A DNA stretch of 48,743 bases. Origin: Clostridia bacterium (GTDB lineage Bacteria; Bacillota; Clostridia; Christensenellales; CAG-314). A program made the translations under genes and the position numbers. The notes under the pieces are model-generated. The model did not search any database. It saw only the letters and a program-made list of their open reading frames with translations, and was not told where the DNA came from. Positions 37,873-46,392 of this stretch are shown piece after piece (position 1 is the first letter of the stretch; each line of letters opens with the position of its first letter). The stretch covers positions 1-48,743 of the forward strand of contig JAFVQA010000068.1 in NCBI GenBank assembly GCA_017505015.1. Direction: 5' to 3'.

Positions 37873-38439
37873 GTGCAGTTTGACCCGGATTTGTTAAAAG
37901 ATCTGGTAAACGACCCGGACAACGAAAAGTTTGCCTTTGGCGAAAAACACAACAACTGGCATGAATTGCCACAATATCAGCAAGCCAACCCTTTGCCAGA
38001 TGAAAAGCAGGTTGTTGACGAAGTTACTTACGTAAGGCCACAGATATATAACGCCGAGTTTGCAAAAAAGGCAAAAACAAACGCAAAGGTTGTGGCAGGT
38101 GTGCTTGCACTTGCAGCGGCAGGAACGATAACTGCGGCAACTACAATTTTTCACCCCACAAGCGATTATACTGCAGAAATAACACACCTTTCTGCAACAG
38201 AAAACGCTATTTATTATATGGTAGAAAGTGCCGACTGGGACGAAAACGCAAACATAAGCATTGTTGTTTACAACGGCAACAAACAGATATATCGTGTGGA
38301 TAAAATGGATTTTGCATCTGACTCGGGCGAACAGACAGATTTGCCAACAGGTGTGTATTTTACGGTAGAAGTTAAAGACGGCAACGTTTGCCTTGCAAAA
38401 GAAAAAATAAAAACGATCACTCACGTTGCCAAAGAATAA
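37873..38439 (+). CDS. hypothetical single-pass membrane protein (188 aa)
   Basis: This is the 3' part of ORF 37333..38439. GTG start at 37873 follows SD AGGGGGTGAGG. One TM (VVAGVLALAAAGTITAATTIF) followed by an extracytoplasmic domain. No family recognised. Confidence 0.5.
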   Translation: MQFDPDLLKDLVNDPDNEKFAFGEKHNNWHELPQYQQANPLPDEKQVVDEVTYVRPQIYNAEFAKKAKTNAKVVAGVLALAAAGTITAATTIFHPTSDYTAEITHLSATENAIYYMVESADWDENANISIVVYNGNKQIYRVDKMDFASDSGEQTDLPTGVYFTVEVKDGNVCLAKEKIKTITHVAKE

Positions 38440-38454
38440 AAAAAGGAAAAAACT

Positions 38455-39507
38455 ATGCAAAACGAAAAATCAAAAATCAAAACACACAGACTTTTGTTTT
38501 ACCTTGTTTTTTTGGGTATAACGGTGGTTTCTATCATTTTGTATGACCATATTTTTGGCGAAGAGTCATGGTTTAATCAGGCTGTTTCGGCAAACGACGG
38601 CGTAAACATGTTGTTTGGGCTTGTGCCTTCTGTTATAAAAACGGTGCAGATTTTAACCATTGCGTGGACGCTCAGCATCATTGCCAGATTTTGCATAAGG
38701 CAGGTTATGCGCAAAAACAAACGCCACGTGACTATCGTTAAAATGATGAACAGCTTTTTGAGATATATCATTGCAATAGTTGCAGTTTTGCTTGTGCTTT
38801 CTGCATGGGGTGTTGACACAGGTGCTCTCGTTGCCTCTGCCGGAATTTTGGGTATCGTTGTTGGTCTTGGCGCACAAAGCCTTATTGCAGATATCATTGC
38901 AGGCATTTTTATTGTGTTTGAAAGGGTTTATCAGGTTGGCGACTACGTTGTTGTTGACGGCTGGCGTGGCCGTGTTGACGAAATTGGCATTCGCACCACA
39001 AAAATAGTTGACGTTGGTGGCAACGTTAAGGTTGTTAACAACAGCATGATTACAACGGTTATCAACCAGACCAAAGAACTTTCGCTTGCAAGGTCAATCG
39101 TTTCGGTCAACTATGGTGAGTCAATTCAAAACATCGAGCTTATTATCGAAAAAAACATAGACACAATCAAACAAAACGTTCCTCAAATTGTAGAAGGGCC
39201 TTTTTACAAGGGCATTACAAACCTTGGTTCGTCAACTATGGAATTGTTGTTTTTTGCAAAATGTCACGAAGAAGATATCTATACCGTTCAACGTGGCATG
39301 AACAGAGAAATTAAAATTATGTTCGAAAAAAACAACCTTGCTTTGCCATATCAGCAGGTGGTTGTCAACCAGCCGGAAGACAAACAAAAAACACCGCTCA
39401 CTGCCGAGCAGGAAGAAAGCGCATTGAAGTTTGTGAAGAGCCAGCGTATGTCTTCAAAACCAATCGACCAGGCGCAAACACCCGAGCACGAAGAAGATAT
39501 TTTTTAA
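38455..39507 (+). CDS. MscS-family mechanosensitive channel
   Basis: ORF track. Pore helix and beta domain GAQSLIADIIAGIFIVFERVYQVGDYVVVDGWRGRVDEIGIRTTKI. Confidence 0.85.
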   Translation: MQNEKSKIKTHRLLFYLVFLGITVVSIILYDHIFGEESWFNQAVSANDGVNMLFGLVPSVIKTVQILTIAWTLSIIARFCIRQVMRKNKRHVTIVKMMNSFLRYIIAIVAVLLVLSAWGVDTGALVASAGILGIVVGLGAQSLIADIIAGIFIVFERVYQVGDYVVVDGWRGRVDEIGIRTTKIVDVGGNVKVVNNSMITTVINQTKELSLARSIVSVNYGESIQNIELIIEKNIDTIKQNVPQIVEGPFYKGITNLGSSTMELLFFAKCHEEDIYTVQRGMNREIKIMFEKNNLALPYQQVVVNQPEDKQKTPLTAEQEESALKFVKSQRMSSKPIDQAQTPEHEEDIF

Positions 39508-39519
39508 CAAAACAGAACT

Positions 39520-39547
39520 AAAAGCACGAATTTTTCGTGCTTTTTTG
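39520..39547 (+). terminator. intrinsic terminator (GCACG family)
   Basis: AAAGCACGAA-TTT-TTCGTGCTTT followed by T-run. Confidence 0.8.
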
Positions 39548-39592
39548 TTGCAAAAATTTTTGTTGTTTTGCCTTTTATTTTTAAAATAGCTA

Positions 39593-39621
39593 TTGCAAAT
39601 TGCTTTTTTAGGGTGTATAAT
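39593..39621 (+). promoter_or_regulatory. sigma-A-type promoter for the thiamine operon (TTGCAA-17-TATAAT)
   Basis: TTGCAA 39593-39598, a 17-nt spacer, TATAAT 39616-39621. Confidence 0.6.
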
Positions 39622-39635
39622 GCAACCAACAATAA

Positions 39636-39718
39636 ATACAGGGGAGCTATAAAAAGCTGAGAGGAAGTTTTGCTTCGACCCTTTTACCTGATGCGGATAA
39701 TGCCGTCGTAGGAAGTCA
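39636..39718 (+). promoter_or_regulatory. TPP riboswitch 1 (THI element aptamer)
   Basis: GGGGAGC...GCTGAGAGGAAG...CGACCCTTTTACCTGATGCGGATAATGCCGTCGTAGGAAG matches the conserved THI-box core. Confidence 0.85.
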
Positions 39719-39735
39719 TAACTGGGACTATTGTA

Positions 39736-39764
39736 TGAGGCATCGGGTGATGGCTCATTTTTTT
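39736..39764 (+). terminator. expression-platform terminator of TPP riboswitch 1
   Basis: TGAGGCATC-GGG-TGATGGCTCA (one mismatch) followed by T7. Confidence 0.65.
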
Positions 39765-39775
39765 ATGCTTTTAAC

Positions 39776-39858
39776 AACACAGGGGAGCTTGCTTTGCAGG
39801 CTGAGAGGAAGTTTTTCGACCCTTTATCTGACGTGGATAATGCCACCGTAGAGAGTTT
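39776..39858 (+). promoter_or_regulatory. TPP riboswitch 2 (THI element aptamer)
   Basis: GGGGAGC...GGCTGAGAGGAAG...CGACCCTTTATCTGACGTGGATAATGCCACCGTAGAGAG. Confidence 0.85.
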
Positions 39859-39875
39859 TGTTTTTGCTTTTTTAC

Positions 39876-39908
39876 AGGGATATACCACGTTGGGTATATC
39901 CCTTTTTT
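39876..39908 (+). terminator. expression-platform terminator of TPP riboswitch 2
   Basis: 11-bp stem AGGGATATACC/GGTATATCCCT followed by T6. Confidence 0.8.
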
Positions 39909-39934
39909 ATTGATTTTTTAAAGGAGGTTTTTTT

Positions 39935-39949
39935 CCACTTGAAAAGTGG
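39935..39949. repeat. CACTT/AAGTG palindrome (CCACTTGAAAAGTGG)
   Basis: Same palindrome family as 10528, 14064, 19157 and others. Lies between TPP riboswitch 2 and the third leader element. Confidence 0.5.
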
Positions 39950-39950
39950 C

Positions 39951-40090
39951 TGGCAGAGGGGGAGCGCCCTGTGCCGAGTATACAGCGATGGGAAGCCGTG
40001 TTCCGGCGTGAGAGGATGCCACAAAGCATCGACCGAAAGTTTCCACAGCAGTTTTTCTGCGTGTTTTTTGGGGAGCGATGCTGTATACGT
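39951..40090 (+). promoter_or_regulatory. third, divergent TPP-like leader with its own terminator
   Basis: Enclosing helix GTATACAGC (39978-39986) / GCTGTATAC (40080-40088). Retains GGGAAGCC..GGCGTGAGAGG...CGACC (pyrimidine-sensor-like half, TGAGA at 40009-40013). The CTGAT.GGATAATGCC..CGTAGGGA half is replaced by CCACAGCAG-TTTTT-CTGCGTG-TTTTTT-GGGGA, which is also a terminator (40044-40069). Confidence 0.4.
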
Positions 40091-40130
40091 TATAGCCGTT
40101 TCCTTGAGTATTTAAAAAGGAGAATAAAAA

Positions 40131-40649
40131 ATGAAAAATTCAAGTGTAAAAAAACTTGCCATAGCCGGTGTTTTTTGTGCCGTGGCAGTTGTGGGCAGTT
40201 TTATTTCTTTTCCGGTATTTGGCAGCAAATGTTCACCGGTGCAACATATGGTAAACGTGTTGTGTGCCGTGTTGCTTGGCCCTTGGTATGGTTTGGGTGC
40301 GGCTTTTTGTGCAGCACTCATCAGGGTGTTGTTTGGTCTTGGCAGTTTTATGGCTTTTCCGGGCAGTATTTTTGGTGCGATAGTTTGTGGTTTTGTATAC
40401 CTTAAAACAAAAAGCATTTTGGGCACAATGGTTGGCGAAGCGTTTGGTACTTCTGTAATAGGCGGATTGTGTGCTTATCCTGTGGCTATTTTGATTATGG
40501 GTCAAAGCGTTGCAGACGTTGCTTTTTATGCATATATCATTCCGTTTTTGATTTCTGCCGTTGCAGGTGCAATTCTTGCAGGCATTGTGGTTTTTGGTCT
40601 AAAAAAGGCACATGCGTTGCACACTATGCAACAGTTTTTAAATGACTGA
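40131..40649 (+). CDS. thiW: ThiW, ECF-type S component (predicted thiazole precursor transporter)
   Basis: ORF track. SD AGGAGA. 172-aa polytopic protein with KC.P.QH.VNVL.AVLLGP.YG and LAFPGS.FGA motifs. Position downstream of TPP riboswitches and upstream of thiM. Confidence 0.8.
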   Translation: MKNSSVKKLAIAGVFCAVAVVGSFISFPVFGSKCSPVQHMVNVLCAVLLGPWYGLGAAFCAALIRVLFGLGSFMAFPGSIFGAIVCGFVYLKTKSILGTMVGEAFGTSVIGGLCAYPVAILIMGQSVADVAFYAYIIPFLISAVAGAILAGIVVFGLKKAHALHTMQQFLND

Positions 40650-40663
40650 AAGGAGAAAATTTT

Positions 40664-41485
40664 ATGTTTAAACAAATGTTGGCAAAGGTAAGGCAAACCT
40701 GTCCGTTAATTCACAATATTACAAATTACGTAACAGTCAACGACTGTGCAAATATCATTATTGCATGCGGGGCATCTCCAATTATGTCAGACGACAAAAA
40801 CGAGGTTGAAGAAATAACTTCTGTATGTGCCGGTTTGAATATAAACATAGGCACACTCAACAGTCGCACAATCGATTCTATGCTCATTGCAGGCAAAAAG
40901 GCAAATCAGCTTGGACACCCCGTTGTGCTTGACCCTGTTGGCGCAGGTGCATCAGCATTGCGCACACAAACGGCACTGAAATTGCTTGATGAGGTCAGGT
41001 TTGCAGTTATACGTGGCAATATTTCTGAAATAAAAACGCTTGCACTTGGCAGTGGAAAAACAAAAGGCGTAGATGCCGACGTGGCAGACAAAGTGAGCGA
41101 ACAAAATCTTGACAACGTGGTTGAGTTTGCCAAACAGTTTGCCAAAAAAACAGGTGCAGTCATTGCCATTACAGGTGCTATCGACATTGTTGCAGACAGT
41201 CAAAAGGCATATTGCATAAAAAACGGGCACCCAATGATGTCAGACATTACGGGCACGGGTTGTCAGCTTTCTGCAATGACAACTGCCTTTGTAACTGCCA
41301 ATAAAGACAACGTGTTAGATGCAACTGCGGCAGCCGTTATATCAATGGGTGTTGCAGGCGAAATTGCTCACGGCAGACTTTCAGCTATGGACGGCAATTC
41401 TTCTTACAGAAACTATATCATTGATGCAATTTACAACATGACCCCAGATATGCTGGAAAAAGGTGCAAAATATGAAGTTAGATAA
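40664..41485 (+). CDS. thiM: hydroxyethylthiazole kinase
   Basis: ORF track. PLIHNITNYVTVNDCAN, LDPVGAGAS, ITGTGC. Confidence 0.92.
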   Translation: MFKQMLAKVRQTCPLIHNITNYVTVNDCANIIIACGASPIMSDDKNEVEEITSVCAGLNINIGTLNSRTIDSMLIAGKKANQLGHPVVLDPVGAGASALRTQTALKLLDEVRFAVIRGNISEIKTLALGSGKTKGVDADVADKVSEQNLDNVVEFAKQFAKKTGAVIAITGAIDIVADSQKAYCIKNGHPMMSDITGTGCQLSAMTTAFVTANKDNVLDATAAAVISMGVAGEIAHGRLSAMDGNSSYRNYIIDAIYNMTPDMLEKGAKYEVR

Positions 41486-42773
41486 AAAATCAATGTTGCT
41501 ATATGCAGTTACAGACAGAGCGTGGGTTGGCAAACAAACGTTATATCAGCAGGTTGAGTCTGCCATTAAAGGTGGTGCAACCTGTGTTCAGCTTCGCGAA
41601 AAAGACCTTGACGAAAAAGAGTTTTTGGTCGAAGCAAGGGCAATTGCAAAATTGTGCAGACAATATGGTGTGCCTTTTATCGTTAACGATAACGTGGATA
41701 TTGCTTTGCAATGTGATGCAGATGGCGTTCACGTTGGGCAGGAAGATATGGTTGCTTCGCAGGTGCGCAAAAAGGTTGGCGACAAAATGATTGTTGGTGT
41801 TTCGGTTCATACCGTAGAACAAGCTTTGGCCGCAGTTAAAAACGGTGCAGACTGCCTTGGTGTTGGTGCAATGTTTTCTACCTCTACCAAAACAGATGCC
41901 GACGTTTTGTCAAAACAAACTTTGCACGACATCTGTTCTGCCGTTGACGTTCCTGTGGTGGCAATTGGTGGAATAAACAAACGTAACATATCTCAGCTTG
42001 CAGGCACGGGTGTTGATGGCGTTGCTTTGGTGAGTGCCATTTTTTCGGCAGAAGATATCGAAAGTGAGTGCCGTTTGCTTAGTGCACTGTCAAAAGAAAT
42101 GGTAGAGTCTGCTAACGTAAAGTGTGCCATTTTCGACTTTGACGGCACTTTGTTTGACTCAATGTTTATTTGGGACAATGCCGGTGACGTGTTTTTGAGT
42201 TCACTTGGCAAAAAAGCAAAACCATCTTTGCGCGAAGACCTCAGACCATTGAGCTTATATCAGTCTGCTTGTTATTTGCAAAAAGAATATGACCTGACTT
42301 TGTCTGTCCAGCAGATTATGAATGGAATAAACAAAACCATAGAGCATTTTTATATCAACGATGTTTTGCCAAAGGTGGGTGTGGTTGACTTTTTGCAACA
42401 AATGAAAAATGCCGGCATACGCATGTGTATTGCAACTGCATCTGACCGTTTTCACATACAGTCTGCTCTTTGCAGATGTGGCATGGCTGAGTTTTTTGAA
42501 GAAATTTTCACTTGCGATGAAGTTGGTTGTGGCAAAGATCAGCCTGTTGTTTTTCAAAAGGCAATGGAATTTTTTGGCGCAAATCGTAGCAACACCCTTG
42601 TGTTCGAAGATGCTCTGCACGCCATAAAAACTGCCAAAGACGATGGTTTTGCAGTGGTTGGTGTTTTTGACAACAGCGAAACAAGACAAAATGAAATTCG
42701 TCAACTGGCAGATTGTTATATTGCAGATTTTAAAGATACAAACGGGTTTTGGAATTTTGTTCGCAAAAAATAA
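41472..42773 (+). CDS. thiE: thiamine-phosphate synthase fused to a C-terminal HAD-superfamily hydrolase domain
   Basis: ORF 41463..42773, with the preferred start at ATG 41472 behind SD AAAGGTG. N-terminal half is ThiE (LYAVTDR, VQLREKD, DGVHVGQEDM, GVGAMFST.TK, VVAIGGI). From about 42120 a HAD fold follows (FDFDGTLFDS, IATAS, FEDALHAIKTAKDDG). Confidence 0.85.
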   Translation: MKLDKKSMLLYAVTDRAWVGKQTLYQQVESAIKGGATCVQLREKDLDEKEFLVEARAIAKLCRQYGVPFIVNDNVDIALQCDADGVHVGQEDMVASQVRKKVGDKMIVGVSVHTVEQALAAVKNGADCLGVGAMFSTSTKTDADVLSKQTLHDICSAVDVPVVAIGGINKRNISQLAGTGVDGVALVSAIFSAEDIESECRLLSALSKEMVESANVKCAIFDFDGTLFDSMFIWDNAGDVFLSSLGKKAKPSLREDLRPLSLYQSACYLQKEYDLTLSVQQIMNGINKTIEHFYINDVLPKVGVVDFLQQMKNAGIRMCIATASDRFHIQSALCRCGMAEFFEEIFTCDEVGCGKDQPVVFQKAMEFFGANRSNTLVFEDALHAIKTAKDDGFAVVGVFDNSETRQNEIRQLADCYIADFKDTNGFWNFVRKK

Positions 42774-42827
42774 AGAAACCTTATAAAGGCGATTTGCTAT
42801 ATCAATAAAAAACAGGAGAACAACACT

Positions 42828-43631
42828 ATGAAACTAAAAACGGCATTGACCATTGCAGGCAGTGACTGCAGTGGTGGGGCAGGCATTCAGGCAGACATTA
42901 AAACAATGACAATGAACGGCGTTTATGCAATGAGCGTTATCACGGCACTTACTGCACAAAATACAACTGGTGTGAGATCAATTCAAGAAGCCACACCAGA
43001 GTTTTTGGCTGACCAGCTTGATGCCGTGTTTGAAGATATCTTTCCCGATGCAGTAAAAATCGGCATGGTTTCGTCAAGCCAGCTTATTGAAGTGATTGCA
43101 CAAAAATTGAAATTTTACAACGCAAAAAACGTTGTGGTAGACCCCGTTATGGTTGCAACGTCTGGCTCATCGCTCATGCAAAGCGATGCTGTTTTAACCC
43201 TTGTAAAAAAATTGTTGCCGGTTGCAATACTTGTTACGCCAAACATTCCAGAGGCACAGGTTCTTGCAGGCATGCATATCGCAACAAAACAAAATATTAT
43301 GGATTGTGCAAAAAAAATTGGTGATGACTTTGGTTGTGCCGTTTTGCTTAAAGGTGGGCACAGCATAAACGATGCAAACGATTTGCTTTATGCAAACGGG
43401 GTGTTCACGTGGTTTGAGGGCAAACGCATTGACAACGCAAACACACACGGCACAGGTTGCACTCTTTCTTCTGCCATTGCGTCAAACCTTGCAAAAGGCT
43501 TGTCACTTGAGCAATCGGTGCAAAAAGCAAAAGAATATATTTCGGGTGCACTGTCTGCAATGCTCGATCTTGGCAAAGGCTCTGGCCCAATGAACCATGC
43601 GTTTGACTTGAATTCGCAATTTTCAAAATGA
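42828..43631 (+). CDS. thiD: hydroxymethylpyrimidine/phosphomethylpyrimidine kinase
   Basis: ORF track. LTIAGSDCSGGAGIQADIKT, DPVMVATSG, LLKGGH, THGTGCTLSSAIA. Confidence 0.93.
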   Translation: MKLKTALTIAGSDCSGGAGIQADIKTMTMNGVYAMSVITALTAQNTTGVRSIQEATPEFLADQLDAVFEDIFPDAVKIGMVSSSQLIEVIAQKLKFYNAKNVVVDPVMVATSGSSLMQSDAVLTLVKKLLPVAILVTPNIPEAQVLAGMHIATKQNIMDCAKKIGDDFGCAVLLKGGHSINDANDLLYANGVFTWFEGKRIDNANTHGTGCTLSSAIASNLAKGLSLEQSVQKAKEYISGALSAMLDLGKGSGPMNHAFDLNSQFSK

Positions 43632-43648
43632 TTTGACAAGGGGGCTTT

Positions 43649-44953
43649 ATGAAAAACTATGCCACACAAATGGATGCCGCAAAACAAGGCATCATCACAA
43701 AAGAAATGGAAATTGTTGCCAAAAAAGAATTTCGTTCTGCTCAGGAAATTTGTGACCTTGTTGCAAAAGGGCAGGTGGCAATTTGCGCAAACAAAATGCA
43801 CAAGTGTTTAGATGCACAAGGCGTTGGTTCAATGCTCAAAACCAAAATTAACGTAAACCTTGGTGTGTCACGCGACTGCAAAGACTATGACGTCGAGATG
43901 CAAAAAGTTTTGACTGCGGTTGATATGGGTGCCGATGCTATTATGGATTTGTCATCTCACGGCAACACTCAACCATTCAGGCAAAAACTTGTAAGCGAGT
44001 GCCCTGCAATGATTGGCACGGTGCCTGTGTATGATGCCGTTATTCATTATCAGCGTGACCTTGCAACACTTTCGGCAAAAGATTTTGTCGACGTGGTGCG
44101 TTTGCATGCACAAGATGGCGTTGACTTTGTTACTTTGCATTGTGGTATTACACGCAAAACCATAGAACAAATCAAAAAACACAAACGCAAAATGAACATT
44201 GTTTCACGCGGTGGGTCGCTTGTTTTTGCATGGATGAGCATGACAGGGCAGGAAAACCCTTTTTATGAATATTTTGACGAAATTCTGGATATCTGCCGTG
44301 AATATGACGTTACGATTTCTTTGGGTGACGCCTGCAGACCAGGTTGCCTTGCCGATGCAAGCGACGTTTGCCAGATCGAAGAGCTTGTTCGCCTTGGCGA
44401 ACTTACAAAACGTGCATGGGCAAAAGACGTGCAGGTTATGGTAGAAGGCCCTGGCCATATGCCAATGGATCAGATAGCGGCAAACATGAAAATTCAGCAG
44501 ACTATCTGCATGGGTGCACCTTTCTACGTGCTTGGTCCAATCGTTACGGATATTGCCCCTGGCTACGACCACATTACTTCTGCAATAGGTGGTGCAATTG
44601 CCGCTGCAAACGGTGCTGCTTTTCTTTGTTACGTTACACCGGCAGAGCACCTTGCTTTGCCAAACGTAAATGACGTTAAACAAGGCATTATTGCATCAAA
44701 AATTGCAGCACATGCGGCTGACATTGCCAAAAAAATTCCTCACGCAAGAGATTTCGACGACCAGATGGCAGATGCAAGGCGCACCTTTGATTGGCAAAAA
44801 CAGTGGCAGTGTGCAATAGACCCTGCAACTGCAAAAGCAATTCGCGACTCGCGTGCGCCAGAACATGACGACAGTTGTTCAATGTGTGGCAAATTTTGTG
44901 CAGTTCGCAGTATGAACAAAGCCCTCAACGGCGAATATATAGACATTTTGTAA
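43649..44953 (+). CDS. thiC: phosphomethylpyrimidine synthase ThiC
   Basis: ORF track. Radical-SAM-type C-terminal cluster CSMCGKFCA, plus VEGPGH and [18 protein letters not shown]. Confidence 0.96.
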   Translation: MKNYATQMDAAKQGIITKEMEIVAKKEFRSAQEICDLVAKGQVAICANKMHKCLDAQGVGSMLKTKINVNLGVSRDCKDYDVEMQKVLTAVDMGADAIMDLSSHGNTQPFRQKLVSECPAMIGTVPVYDAVIHYQRDLATLSAKDFVDVVRLHAQDGVDFVTLHCGITRKTIEQIKKHKRKMNIVSRGGSLVFAWMSMTGQENPFYEYFDEILDICREYDVTISLGDACRPGCLADASDVCQIEELVRLGELTKRAWAKDVQVMVEGPGHMPMDQIAANMKIQQTICMGAPFYVLGPIVTDIAPGYDHITSAIGGAIAAANGAAFLCYVTPAEHLALPNVNDVKQGIIASKIAAHAADIAKKIPHARDFDDQMADARRTFDWQKQWQCAIDPATAKAIRDSRAPEHDDSCSMCGKFCAVRSMNKALNGEYIDIL

Positions 44954-44991
44954 AAAGCAACACGCATATAACAATGCTGTTTGCAAAAAAT

Positions 44992-45019
44992 AAAAAGCAC
45001 GGAAATCCCGTGCTTTTTT
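44992..45019 (+). terminator. intrinsic terminator (GCACGG family)
   Basis: AAAGCACGG-AAAT-CCCGTGCTTT followed by T-run. Confidence 0.8.
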
Positions 45020-45104
45020 GTTGCAAAAAACAACCAACTTTTTATCTAAATTATTTGGATAGGGTGATGAAACGTTTTTTTAAAAAATAAATTTGCTATA
45101 TCAT

Positions 45105-45133
45105 TTGACAAAAATAAAAAACAAGTCTATACT
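45105..45133 (+). promoter_or_regulatory. sigma-A-type promoter for tRNA-Arg (TTGACA-17-TATACT)
   Basis: TTGACA 45105-45110, a 17-nt spacer, TATACT 45128-45133. Confidence 0.65.
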
Positions 45134-45155
45134 ATATAGGCTAATCAAATAGTAT

Positions 45156-45232
45156 GCGCCGTTAGCTCAGCTGGATAGAGCGTTTGGCTACGGACCAAAA
45201 GGCCAGGAGTTCGAATCTCTTACGGCGCGCCA
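45156..45232 (+). tRNA. tRNA-Arg (anticodon ACG), CCA encoded
   Basis: Hand-folded cloverleaf. Acceptor GCGCCGT/ACGGCGC, D arm GCTC/GAGC, anticodon arm TTTGG-CTACGGA-CCAAA, T arm AGGAG-TTCGAAT-CTCTT, then G-CCA. Confidence 0.9.
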
Positions 45233-45236
45233 AATT

Positions 45237-45266
45237 GCCTGTTTCATTATGAAACAGGCTTTTTTG
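45237..45266 (+). terminator. intrinsic terminator after tRNA-Arg
   Basis: GCCTGTTTC-ATTAT-GAAACAGGC followed by T6. Confidence 0.8.
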
Positions 45267-45342
45267 TTTGCCTTGCCGTTGACAATGCAAAATAAAAAAT
45301 ATATAATTTGAAAAACAAAAATCCGTTTTTTTGAGGTGGCTT

Positions 45343-46374
45343 ATGTCAATGAAGATAAATGGTGTTTTGCCAAGCCCTGACGAGATAAAAAGTCAGTTTC
45401 CGTTGTCAAAAAAACTGGCAGAGGCAAAGGCAATTCGTGATAAAGAAATAAGAAACATTTTTGAGGGGAAAGACGACAGATTTGTGCTTGTAATCGGCCC
45501 ATGTTCTGCCGACAACGAAGATGCCGTTTGCGATTATATAAGCAGATTAGCAAAAATCAACGAGCAGGTTAAAGACAGGCTCATGATCATACCTCGCATA
45601 TACACAAACAAACCACGCACAACCGGTGAGGGTTATAAGGGAATGTTGCACCAGCCAGTGCCAGACAAAGCACCAAACCTTGCAGAAGGAATTGTGGCAA
45701 TACGTAAAATTCACCTTCGTGCCATGAGTGAAAGTGGGTTGAGTTCGGCAGACGAAATGCTTTACCCCGAAAACAGAAGTTATCTTGACGATCTTTTGAG
45801 TTATGAGGCAATTGGTGCCAGATCTGTAGAAAATCAGCAACATCGCCTTACTGCAAGCGGAATGGATATTCCTGTTGGAATGAAAAACCCAACCAGTGGT
45901 CACTTGTCTGTAATGCTCAATTCGATATACGCCGCACAGCACAGCCACAATTTTATTTATCGCAGTCAAGACGTGACAACAAGTGGCAACGACCTTGCCC
46001 ATGCAATTTTGCGTGGCGGCGTTAACAAACACGGCAACAACATTCCAAACTATCACTATGAAGATATGATGAAGTTGTTTGATTTATACAGCCAGATGGA
46101 TCTTAAAAACCCTGCAGTCGTTATAGATACAAATCACTCTAACAGTGGCAAAAAGTTTAAAGAGCAAATTCGCATTGCAAACGAAGTGTTAAACAGCAGA
46201 AAGCATAATGCCGACCTTAAAAAACTTGTAAAAGGCATGATGATAGAAAGTTATATCGTCGAGGGCAGTCAGGCAATAAGCCACGAGGGTATTTATGGCA
46301 AGTCTATAACAGACCCTTGCATTGGCTGGGACGACACACAAAAACTCATTTTTGACATAGCAGAAAACTGCTGA
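45343..46374 (+). CDS. 3-deoxy-7-phosphoheptulonate (DAHP) synthase, class I (AroF/G/H type)
   Basis: ORF 45331..46374 trimmed to ATG 45343 behind SD GAGGTGG. GKDDRFVLVIGPCS, IPRIYTNKPRTT.G.YKG, GARS.ENQQHR, IDTNHSNSGK. Confidence 0.88.
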   Translation: MSMKINGVLPSPDEIKSQFPLSKKLAEAKAIRDKEIRNIFEGKDDRFVLVIGPCSADNEDAVCDYISRLAKINEQVKDRLMIIPRIYTNKPRTTGEGYKGMLHQPVPDKAPNLAEGIVAIRKIHLRAMSESGLSSADEMLYPENRSYLDDLLSYEAIGARSVENQQHRLTASGMDIPVGMKNPTSGHLSVMLNSIYAAQHSHNFIYRSQDVTTSGNDLAHAILRGGVNKHGNNIPNYHYEDMMKLFDLYSQMDLKNPAVVIDTNHSNSGKKFKEQIRIANEVLNSRKHNADLKKLVKGMMIESYIVEGSQAISHEGIYGKSITDPCIGWDDTQKLIFDIAENC

Positions 46375-46392
46375 CATACAAAAGGAAAAATT

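Noticed and set aside
39920-40405. Strong SD-like AAAGGAGG (39920-39927) followed by TTG and a long open frame (cf. ORF 39971..40405)
   Set aside because: The frame runs through the structured leader and overlaps thiW by about 275 nt in another frame. The sequence is Arg/Cys-rich with no motifs. thiW has its own SD and a clear family signature.
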